Below are positions 1-28,300 of a stretch of 64,000 nt of DNA, piece by piece (positions within the stretch are counted from its first letter, which is position 1; the number at the start of each line of letters is the position of its first letter). The DNA comes from Eutreptiella sp. 'Long Island Sound 2002'. Lineage: Eukaryota > Protista > Euglenida. The translations under genes and the position numbers were made by a program. A model generated the notes under the pieces. It saw only the letters and a list, made by a program, of their open reading frames with translations. It was not told the DNA's origin and did not search any database. The stretch covers positions 200,074,001 through 200,138,000 of the forward strand of contig OZ038378.1 in assembly GCA_964036045.1 (NCBI GenBank), read 5' to 3'.

Positions 1-797
1 AAATTTTTCTTGGGAGCGGGGCGGGGCCCTTGGAGCCCCCGCAAATTTGCGGGGGTCGCGGAAAGCGGATCCAAGGGCCACACACTTATTTCCTCAATAC
101 AAGTGCCTGAAATCTTGCCTGCAACGATTTCAAAGTGCTGCGGTCTGTTCTCCTCCTGTGTGGCATATGGGCACTAGCATTGTGACTGGGTGTGCAGAAG
201 TCTGGGGGTATGCGGCAATTAACTAATGGCTCCAACAATTGGCAAGGGGGGGTTCTCTAGAAAGGGGGCTTTCGTGACAGGCCAGTCCCAAGAGGTGGGT
301 CTAAAAACTCTAATGATGACTCATCACCTGCGCTGCAACGCGGACCGGAAGATGATTTTTTTCCAAAACAATGCCCCCATGATACATCCCTCAAAATGAT
401 CAGGACATCGCGGGGGATCTTTTGAGCCGTTTGTGTTGTGTACCTCAGGACCCCCCTCCCCTCCCCCGTCGGCCTGATGGAAGTCCCCGTCACGTAAGCT
501 CTGAAGGGAAGGGGAGGGGGGGGTCTGGAAAAGGGGCTCCAACGCCCCCCCCCCCGCGCAAACCTTTCTTCTTCCACCGCAGTCCTCAGGCCTGTGCTTG
601 AGAGTTGAGGGCGATTGCAAACGCACACACTGCGGCGGGTGGAAGAGCCGTTGTGGCGTGCGGTCCGGCGGTGACCACACGGTCCGAGGGCAGGGGGTGG
701 CGGACGGGGTCGGTTGCGGTGGAACCGACGGTCCGTTCGATGGGGCGGGGGCGGTGGGCCGGCCTGCACCCCCCAAACGTGTGCGGTGTCTCTGAAG

Positions 798-17752
<16,955 letters not shown>

Positions 17753-18191
17753 GGGTATTCGCTTGGTTTGGGATCACGTGGTTTGAGGTCCCGACGTTAT
17801 GCACATACCACAGCAGTTTTGGGGAGGGGGTCTGGCTATCAAGGCACCAAAGCAAAGCTGATATGCATTTACACAGTCAGAGCAGCTCAGTGACAACCGA
17901 AGCTGGTTTCGGACACCGGCCAGACCTTCCTCATCGCCTGGACAATGCCAGTTACATTTCTGCAAGAATATCTTTTGTGTGTTACCACACTTTTGCTCCC
18001 CGTTTCCGCTCCCCTTCCAATGGCAAGAGGATGGGGGGGGGGGGGAGGTTGGTGTGTCTCGGTTCGTGTGGGCATGCGAGTGTCCCTGTCTGTGTATATG
18101 TATGCGGTGTCTGTGTCTGTGTGCATCTGTGTAAGTGTGTGTGTGCACGCACACGTGCCTGAGTCTGTTTATGCCTGTGGTGTGTGGGTGT

Positions 18192-18286
<95 letters not shown>
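18192..18286. repeat. (GT)n microsatellite; further GT-rich tracts at 19275-19396
   Basis: Directly visible. Confidence 0.97.
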
Positions 18287-18290
<4 letters not shown>

Positions 18291-19356
18291 CCTGCGTGCC
18301 TGCGTGCGTGCGTGCATACCCCTGCGTGGATTTATTTCGGTCTGGTGAAGGGCTTTGCCTGCCTTGTGATCACCATTTTTGCGCACTCTTTGGCAGACCG
18401 AAAGACGTCTAGGGCTGCTCTGCAGCCCCTGAGGAGTTTTCTCCAACCGCTTTTCTTGCTTCGTTCCTGTTTCGCGGTTCGACAGGGCAGTCCAACGGGG
18501 GGCGGGGGGCAACAGTTTATGGGGCCTGGCACTGGGGTGGGGCCGGGGGTGTCATGACGGATAGACGCATGGCAACGGAGGCTCCAAGCACTGCGGGATA
18601 CACACCCCTCTTTGGGGTAATCTGCTGCGGGCGTTAAGCCAGAACTCAGCCACATTTCCGTCTAGGGACCGCCACAGGGGGCGTACCGTGCGCTGTGCAC
18701 GCGCTGTGCGAAAGTTGGCTGTTCTCCACCACCGGGAGTTCGGTAAGTTCAGAAGATTGAAAGGACGTCATTGAATGGCTGCTGCAGTGGACGGGGCTAT
18801 AGGGGGCAAAATGTAGGTCCCTGGGACCCATGGCAAGCATCAGATGTTTGAATTTTTGAGTTTTGAATTGATTGTGCATGATTCCGCAGGGGGGGTGGTT
18901 TTCAGGGTTGTTACCTGGATAATCACCGTAATAATTGGCGCTGTGCGCGCGCTGTGCGAAAACGCCCCCACAGGCTGCGTGGAGGCAGCCTTCGTACCCA
19001 CCGTGATACCTCAGGGCATATCCCCTTCCAGGTGCAGGAGACGTCCTGTGGCTTGCAGAGGAGACTGTGGGGAGACCGGCGCCGCCCTGATGCTGCGGAG
19101 GGGACGGCCCACCAGGTCACCGCACCAGCACGTGCCATTCCGCTGGTGTGGGGTGTCGGGCGACTGTGTGCACATGTGTTTCATGCGGATGTATATGCAT
19201 GTGTTTGCGTTGGCGTGCGCATGTCTGTTCTGTGTCTGCATGTGTGTGACTGTGTGCACACGTGTACACATGTGCGTGTGTGTGTGTGTGTGTGTGTGTT
19301 TATGTCGGTATGTCTGTATGTACATGTGAAAATATGTTTCGGGGTGCGTATGTGTT

Positions 19357-19397
<41 letters not shown>

Positions 19398-22264
19398 ACG
19401 GCTGAAGATTGCTCTGGCAAATGCTCCAAGTGTGCACCCACTGTTTGTATTGTACTGTATTGTATACTACAAGAGTATGTGCACGGCTATATGTCTGTGG
19501 CTGTGAGTGCACGTGGATGTCTGCATATGCATCCCGGGGTGGCCTACCCCTACCCTGCCGCACAGTCACAGCTTGGCCCAGGCACAGAGTTAGCAACATG
19601 AGGCTCTTGGCATGCTTGGAGTAGGAGGGGGGGGGGGGGTCTCCAGTGTGCTGTGACGGCATGAGAGGAGTGGTTGGTCTCCTGTTGGCGCCCGGGGGAC
19701 CACGCGACAGTGTCCATCATCTGATTTGTTGTGACCGGTGTCCGACGGGATGGCGCTGTGCGCTTCACCGCTAAGAACACCCTCGTCTGCGGTACGGAGC
19801 GCTCCTGTGTCTCCGCACTCTACGTGAGGTGCAGGGGGGGGGGGGGGGCGTTGTTAAGGGGTCAGGCCAACGGTGCCTCGGAGCTGTGCCCCCGAGTCCT
19901 GTTTTGGCCACTTCAAAGATCCAGAAAGGCCTAAAAATGGGCCATTTCAGGACCAACATCGGGTCCAAAAGGGGTCAACAGTGGGGGTTTGCACACGCTG
20001 GTTCCGAGCCCTTCGGTGTGTCCTGCTTTGAGCCGTGGTGACCCGTTCTGGCCCCGAATATCACAATGAGTTCTTGAAAATGGGCCATTTCCGGACTGAG
20101 CCACGGTCCTCGAAGGAGTGTGCCAGGGCAGACAGCGGGAAGGGCCCTGGAAGCAACGGGACCCGGTGACCCGCGTTGCGTGGACATGTTGGTCGACGGC
20201 TTTGAGCGGGGGCCTGAACACACCCGCATCGGCCGCGAAGGAGGACCGCCGCCGCGGGGCTGCAGCCCATTGGGCTGAGTCCTGTCCCCTCCTCCGTATA
20301 TGTGTGTGTACACCCGCACGCGTGTCTCTCTGTCGTTCTACATGTCTGCAGGCGTGTGGGCGCACATGGCATGTGCGTATCGGGGGCTGCATGCGTGTGG
20401 GTGTTCGTGTGGGTGTCTGGAAATGTACTCAGGCGACCCCTTTATTGCTCCTAGATGGTCAGCGGGGGGGGGGAGGGGGGTATTCGACTGGCTGTACACC
20501 AGAGGAGGAAGGGGGGGGGGGGGGTAACCTCCTCCCTCTCCCTTCCCCCCCCCCGGGCCCAAAGTCACCATCGTCGGGAAAAACGAAATGTAACATTGGA
20601 AAAATGTGGTCCGCCCATCGTTGGTACACCAACTTTTGGGTCCCGCCCTCCCCCCCCCCTTCTAATACTTCCCCAGGGGTGGGGGGGGAGTTGCAAAGGG
20701 CCACCGGCAAATGGAGCTGTGTAGGCCCTGAGAAGGCCAACGAGCGGTACTGCCCACCATGGCCCTGCAGACGACTCCACGGGTACACTTGAATGAGCAG
20801 GTTCACAGTTCCAACCCAATTCTTGGCCTGGCATTCAATGACCTTCGGTCACGCACATCAACAACATGTCAAGCCTCGGGGAATATCCCGCGACTCCTTC
20901 CCTAACCGGCGGTGTATGCCCCAGTTCGCACCGCCGTGTCGGCCACAAGTGGTGTGCGTACGCCCACATCCTCCGGGACTGCAGGCACGGCCTCCAAGTG
21001 ATGCCATGCACAACGTGGGCCGAGGGCCGCAGTGGCCGCCCACCACCGGACTTGTTTGTGGATGACCGCCCTGGTCCCACACAAGCGATAGCCCCTTAAC
21101 TCCAAATGGACTTCCTCCTGCGGTTCACCATCGCAGTTCTCTTCGCTGTGCCGTGCCGTGTCTGCGAGGAATGCCATCAAGACCGAGAGGAGACTGGACA
21201 GTCGTGCACTGTGCCGTAGCCTCGTGGCAGCCCTATAACCCCCCCTCCCCACCCTCGCTGTCCAAGGGTGGGGGTGGGGGGATACAGCCCCCGCTGCAGG
21301 GGGTCAAGCCACAGCCACGCCCCTTCCCTAACGTTGCTCTACTGGGCCCGGCACCCCCGAGTGTCCGGTCTCAAGGCCGCCCGGAGTCCCCAGCCCCCGC
21401 TATGGCGCATGTGGGTGGGAAATACCCCCGGGCCTGGGGGTGTCCTGGAGCAGGGAGGGTCATCCTCTTGCAGGGCACCACCGTGACCTGCTCCCCTTGT
21501 TTTATCCTGTGCATGAGCTGCGGCATGGAGGGGGCAGTGGCTGTGGCTTGGGGCGGGGGGTGGGGGCATGTGCATGTTGGCACACCTGCTTGCTCCACGG
21601 TTGGTGGTCGTTGGGCTGGTGTGTGCCCGGTGCTCCACGCCCTGACAGCTGGACCTTTTAGATGTAGGCCAGTCGTATGCTCCCCACCATCACCAGACGC
21701 CTCCACCATCATGCAAGCAATGACTTGCAGGAATTTAGAAAAGGTTCCCCAAAATTGACGGATGTGGCACAGCGGGGCAAGGGGGGCAATTTAGCGTTTC
21801 TCCACACAATTGACAACTATGCATTGCGTCTGGACACACAACCAGGTGTCTCCAAGCACACACAAAAAGATCCAAATGTGTTCCCACTTAGACCAGTTTT
21901 GTGGGAATCTCGGATACCCGTATTTCAAGGGTAGTACATGACAGAATGCTCTACCCCATGGTCCAAAGATCACACACTGTCTCCGCAAAAACACCCATGA
22001 GTCCTGGGCCACTCACACGCCTGGATGCATGGGTTGCTACACACAATTTTGCAAAGTGTAATGCACATAGGCCCAAATTTCCAGTTACACTCTGGGAATG
22101 CCATGCACGCAGTGCGCACGCAGTGCACAGTTTTGGATGTCGGCAAATACTCGAACCCTAGTTTCGGCCCCTTTTCACAAGTTTTTGGTTCCGTACCAGG
22201 GTTTTTTTGGCTTCCCAAGCATTTGGGATGTGGCATATTTGAATTGTCAACCATTTCCCCCTAG

Positions 22265-22661
22265 AAGAGGCCCATCGACAAAGTGTACACAGTCGACACA
22301 ACCCGGATCTCGACGTCGTCATTGTCGACACTGCAGCGAGCCTCGTATCCGTAGAGGCGGTTCGATTCGCCCTGCAGAGTACTCTTCCGGACAGATAGTA
22401 CGCGCACCAAAACCTTGGTCGACTTCAAGGTGATTCTCGAACCGAGATGCTCAAGATCATCGATCGGTATGGCCACGTCCACGACTGCAAAGAAGTCCAC
22501 GTGGTCATCGTCGCTCAAAGGCTCTCGATCGCCGATACTCGATGGTGGCGAGTCGACACCAGGACCGGACAGTTCTTCTTCGACGATGCTGTTGGTTATA
22601 ACTACAACCAGAAGTATCGATGGACACCTGGCCAACCCTATGGTATTGACACCTTTCAGTC
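22265..22661 (+). pseudogene. Compositionally foreign coding fragment with one in-frame stop, bounded by a TTCCCCCTAG direct repeat
   Basis: The frame starting at 22261 reads about 136 codons with a single TAG (HNPDLDVVIVDTAASLVSVEAVRFALQSTLPDR*...EMLKIIDRYGHVHDCKEVHVVIVAQRLSIADTRWWRVDTRTGQFFFDDAVGY). About 13 TCGA sites in 400 bp. Confidence 0.5.
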
Positions 22662-25369
22662 TTCCCCCTAGTAAACAGGTGACAGGTATTCTTGGGTGAG
22701 TATCCTAGCCTCTGCGTGCACAATATGCACACAGTGCGCACGCAGTGCAAACACTTAGCCTCTAACAGCACTGGACAAAATAAAAAAAAGGTACCACCCG
22801 TGTGCCTGTATTTTGTAGGATATGTGCCACACCATGCTGTATATGTTCTGCATTGTCTCCCTCATGCAGACACATCAGGTATGCTGAAGGTAAGTTGTAA
22901 GTAAGGAAAGTTACAACAACAAGAGGTAAGTAAGGAAAGTTGTTTGGCACAACTCCCGGAGCCTAGGCCACAAGGATATGCCCACTGTTGTTGGCCTTGC
23001 ACCCTCTAGGCGCCAACATGTGCACATCGGATATGCATGCGCATCGGGAAACAATTGTGGGGACCGTGCATCACATGGCTGGAGAAAGTTGATGTTGCAG
23101 AAACCCCAACTGGATCCCCTTGTTCCAGGTCTACTCCCAGGCCACCACCCCCAAAGGGGTCCAACAGGGCCCCAACACACCCAACACTGCAGCCCATTAC
23201 TTCCACAGATGATGCTACAGGTAGCGGGATTCCATCATGGGGGAAGCCAGCTGAAGAGGGCATTAATGGCAAACATCCCAACACGACCACCGTGTACCAG
23301 CAAACTTCCTCGTGTTTCTGGGGATTGCCAGCAAGCCGCGAGCAGCCACATGAAATACGAGCAAGCATTTAGATGCATGGGTCATGGAGGCTAGGTGGGT
23401 GGGTAGGGGGGGTTGGCACGAGGCCATGGTGTTGGTTTGTTCTCCGTTGGTGGCGCCTATTGGCCTCTGGCTACTGACCCTCTGTAGGTCCGAACGCAGT
23501 TTGGTTGTGTCAATGGAGCCCCTAGATGACTTGTCTTGTTTGACTACCCCAGGGTCGTTGACCAAGTGCATCTACCGAGCAAACTTCAAGAGAGCTAAAC
23601 CTAATTAATTCTGAGTAGGTCGTGTGTATAAAGTTAGTCCCACGCAATCTAGAATTAATTGCAAAAAAAAATATTGTAGCCGTACAATCGAAAAGTACAA
23701 CGCAAAATTCGAAATAATCGCAAAAAATAAATTAATTGCACCCATCACATGAGAGGTATTTTGTGTTGTAAGTAACCCGCCCCCTGCTTTGTGTGCTTTC
23801 CTTCTTTGTGTACAGCACCATTTCTACCATGTTCGCGCTACAACATTATTTCTCTGTCATCCCACATGGAACTGCAGTGCACCGCTACGCTGCAACTGCT
23901 GAGCGACTAATGGCGAATTGTTCATGTGTGGGCCTACAGTGTGTCATTTGTATGCATGGAAATTTGCATTGGGTGCATTGGTTTTGTTTGTGAACGCAAA
24001 TTGAAAAAACAATCGCAAAAAAAAAAATTAATTTCTCGCCCGCCATTCAAATTTTTGGTCGCAAAACCAAAAAATCGCAAAAAAAATAATTTTTGGGGGG
24101 TGTCCTTCGCAAAAATGCCGGTTTCGCAAATTTTAAAAGCTTGCACGGTAGATGCACACTCCAAGGGGGGGTTTGGCATGTTGCCAAACCCTCCAAGATG
24201 CACACTCCAAAGAGGGGGGGGGGGGGGCGTCACTCGGTGACCATCCCTTGTGGGAAGGACGGGAGGGGACGGTCCACAGGGGCAGCAGGGTACAGGTCCA
24301 TGTCGCCCGGGGCCAACCAATCCACCAAAACAAGGGGGTAACGTCACCGTCAAACCAAGATAGATATTTCTTTTGGGTGTATGTAAGTTGTGTGTTGCTT
24401 TTGCGTGATTTGCGCTTCTACTGTATTTTTGAGTGTTTGAGTATTGATGTTGCTTTTGGATTGGACATTTTTGTTTTCATCGGCTATGGTGGGTCACACT
24501 AGGATGACCAAGAACAGCGGGGCAAACATGGTAAGGGAACCACAAAATCAGTCCAAACATGCCCGCGAAAGTGATAGCACCACCGCTCCGTAGTGTCAAA
24601 CCCGCCCACGAAAGTGACAACACCACTGCTCCATAGTGTTATGGTTGCTCTTCTCACATAGTGCATTGATTTGATGCACCCTTCTTTACCATGAATGTGG
24701 TTGTGCTCCAAGTCTGGTGACCATGGGAGGGCCGGTCAGAGGGCAAGTTGACATATGTGCCCTTGTGGTGGGGCAAAATGGTCCCGCATGCCACCCCCAA
24801 AGTCATGAAGTAGGCGGTTGGGGCTTTGAGATGGTGATTTCATGAACAGGCTCCCCAACTCTCTTGGATTTGCTTTTAGTTTCTGGTTGATCCTTCTTGG
24901 ACTACCCAGACATGTCAATGTATGCGGGCAATAATGCCCATGTCAATGTATACAAACAATCATGCCCATAGCTAGCCTTGCTGTGAGGGCATTTTCGCGT
25001 CTTGGACTTGACAGATTGTAAATACCCCATTTCCGTGACAACCCAGGGGGAGGGGGGGGAACCGCCGTGCATTCTGAGGGGACTATCCACGGGGGCAGCA
25101 GGGTACAGGTCCATGTCACCCGGGGTGATCTCCCAGCACTAGCGGACCATTGTCTGCCCCTTCCGGCTCCCGGGGTCACCGAGGACGCCCTGGCGCCTGG
25201 GATGCCTCAATGTTGTTATTTATAACCCCGCCTAGGGCTCAATCTTGGAGCTCGTGTCCAAAGGGTTTGGGTCGGCACAAGGGGGGGGGGGGGGTCACTG
25301 GGCCGCCTTGAGAAGGTCCACCTGCCCTTTTCCATTGGCACCCCTCAGGCGTTACGTTCTTCTGGGAAC

Positions 25370-28300
25370 ATGCTCAGTGATTCCGAAGCTGAGGCCTGGC
25401 CCTCAACCCCAAAGCGCCAGAAACGCGTCAACATCACGGGGCCGGTGGACTCCCCCCCGGTGCTCCACAGCCCCCAACATGGCGCCACGCCGTCCCGCCC
25501 GATCTACTCGCCGACGGTGCGGCGGCTGAAGCGCCTCAAGAGCCTCAACGCCCGGGAGATGCCCCCCGGCACCTGCCCCGATGGCCCCTTCGCATTCGTG
25601 CGGGAGACGTCGCCCCCCTCGAGCAGTGTCTTCTCAGAGGCCCGGCGTCGGTCCTTGAACCGGTCATCGTTTGGCGCCCAGAGCTGCGAGGACCTGTACC
25701 TGCTGCCCCCTTGGCACAAGCGTTCGATGGTCACACAAGGTACCCCCCCGCCCCTCAATGCAACAAGACTGACCACCACAGGGCCGGGGACGGTATGCCC
25801 CGTAAGGGCCTGGACGGCACACCAGCGCTGGGCAGGGAGAGAAACGAACGCGCGGTGCAATGCGCGGTGCGCACGGTTTGGTGCGCATTGTTTTATGAAC
25901 ACACCATTTTTTCATTTAGTCACAACATCACTCTCCCACAAGCATAAGTAGAGCCCCTTAGCCACCGCATCCCTGCCACCCTGAAAATCTGCCAAAAAAT
26001 ACGTAAAACGCCAACCAAAAACGAGCGCGCGGTGCAATGCGCGGTGCGCGCGGTGCGTTTGTTTCTCTCAGGAGCGCGCGGACCCGATGGTGCAGTTCAC
26101 TGCAGTTGAGGCCCCGTGGGCTGAGCAGTGGCTGAATGGGCCTGTGTCGAACAGAGGTAGCACAACCCCGGCACCCGGTCCTGGTCCCTGGCCATCCTGG
26201 TCACTGGTACCAATTGGTAGGATGGTGGAGCCTTCGGGCAGGGACCAGGGTTTTTCTTAGTGTGTGCCCTACCCTATTTGGGGGGGGGGGGGTGTCAGAA
26301 CTTCTGGGTGGGTGGGTTTCCAACCGCCCCCCCTCTACCCCCCGTGGGGTAGGCCATTGTGGGGGACTTTGGGTCAGCGCCAAAGGTTTTCTTTTGTATT
26401 GCATATCTTATTTGGGTAGTCGGGTGGGTGAGTGGATGAGTGGGTGGGTGTCCAATACCGCTCCCCCTGTGGAGTGGGGCATTTGTGGGTCTGTGGGTTT
26501 GCCAAAAATCTGGGTCGGTGGGTCCCTGAAATCACCCCCCCCCCTGGTTAAGAAAAACTCTGCCAGGGGCGTGCAACCCCCAAAATCATCAGCATGATTG
26601 CTCAACACAGCAAAACCCGCACATTTCTTGCTTCCAGATTTCTTGCTGCTCTTCCTTGACAAATAATCAAGTGCTGGGCTGAACTTCAGAAAGGCCTCTG
26701 CAGACCATCATGGACAATGCTGCAAACATTCTGTGGTGGCGCCTCCGGCGCCGTATCTGCGACAATGCACTGTGAGTGTTCCCGTTGTGACTCTTGAGGG
26801 TGAGGACCATCGTCGCATGATGGCCAAGCTGCGGTGTTGTCCAAGGTACAGCGGGCGTGGGGACCGTATCGATTTGGCACCTAATTTGATTAGGTGCCAA
26901 TCTGCAACCACAAAGGACAAGGGCTTGGGGTCAAAGTGTCACGTTTTGTGGGCTGAAGGACATTTGTTGTTCGTGTGCCCACAAAATGTCCATTCGACAA
27001 GCCGTGGGCATCATTCTGACCTTTTGCTAGCACCAGCACAACAGTTCCCTTTTTCATGTGCTGCGCCTCTGCTACAGGAGGCGTAGGACCGTGGCAATTT
27101 TCGGTAGTTTGGATAAGGGGGGCGGATTGACCTCCGTCATGGCATGACATGATGCTGAACAAAGGGCGAGTGTCGCCAAAACTGAGCCATCAACCTTGTG
27201 TCACTTTGTGTGTTGAGAGCGGGCGATATGCTGAGTGTTACCAAATGAGTGGGGGATGTTGCCGGTGCCTCTTTGACAGGGCTGTGCGAACGTGTGCCAG
27301 GGTTTGGTGGTGAAGACCCAATGTCCCGCACCAGCACCCGCCGGACTTTGAGTCCCATCAGGGACCCTCAGGGATTCATTGGCAGACTGTGGGCTCGCTT
27401 CTACAGGGCTGGCGGATGCAGCACCCGCATTGGGCGACAGCTGCGCAGACTTGGACAACAGTTGTGCGGAATTGGACAACGTATGCGCAGCATCAGAGGC
27501 CAGTTTGGCATCCGAGGGGAGTCTGGGCATCGATGCCGACCCCGAGTCCGTCGAGGCTGCGGCATCGGGCGGGGATTTGCAGTCGGACGAACACCTAGCG
27601 GCTGACGAAGAATGGGACGGGAGTGTGCGGGACGAGTTTGCGTGCGATTTGGGCGATGCCGCGGACGACGGCGACGACGCCGATTTGGGCGATGCCGCGG
27701 ACGACGGCGACGACGCCGATTTGGGCGATGCCGCGGACGACGGCGACGACGACGATTTGGGTGATGCCGCGGACGACGACGCCGATTTGGGTGATGCCAC
27801 GGACGACGACGCCGATTTGGATGATGCCGCGGACAACCACCGCTTGAGTGAGGTATTTCTGCGCTTTCCGGCTGCAGTGTGAAGGCGGGTACAGTGCAGG
27901 GGGTGGTCCGATCCATCGGTGCGTGCCAGTTTACCCCTCGCGCTGGCCCAGAAGGGGGGTGGCCTTGGAATTGGGTCAGGGCGTTGTTGTTGGACCGGGT
28001 TTGTTTGCCGGTGGTTCGCCTTTCTGTTGCACCGCCTGCCCACCCCCGGCCGGCGGTACCACTCACGCGGCCACCTGCTTGCGGTTGTTGACCATTTCCC
28101 GTCATGTTGGCGTCAACCGCCGCTGATCGCACTGACCCCCAATGCCATTCAAACATGCCTCTGTTTCTCAAAATTGAGTCTTGCAGGGGCTACTTTTTTC
28201 GTTACACAATTGCAATGCCGTGGCCAAGACGCAGATTTACACAAAAACTGAGGCAAACTTCGCAAAACAATTTTGGAGTAAGCAGCTTGCGACTTGGCAT

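Noticed and set aside
27201-28043. 280-aa - strand SSPSSAASPK ORF
   Set aside because: It is the antisense of the acidic repeat exon. The + frame has phase-matched splice sites.
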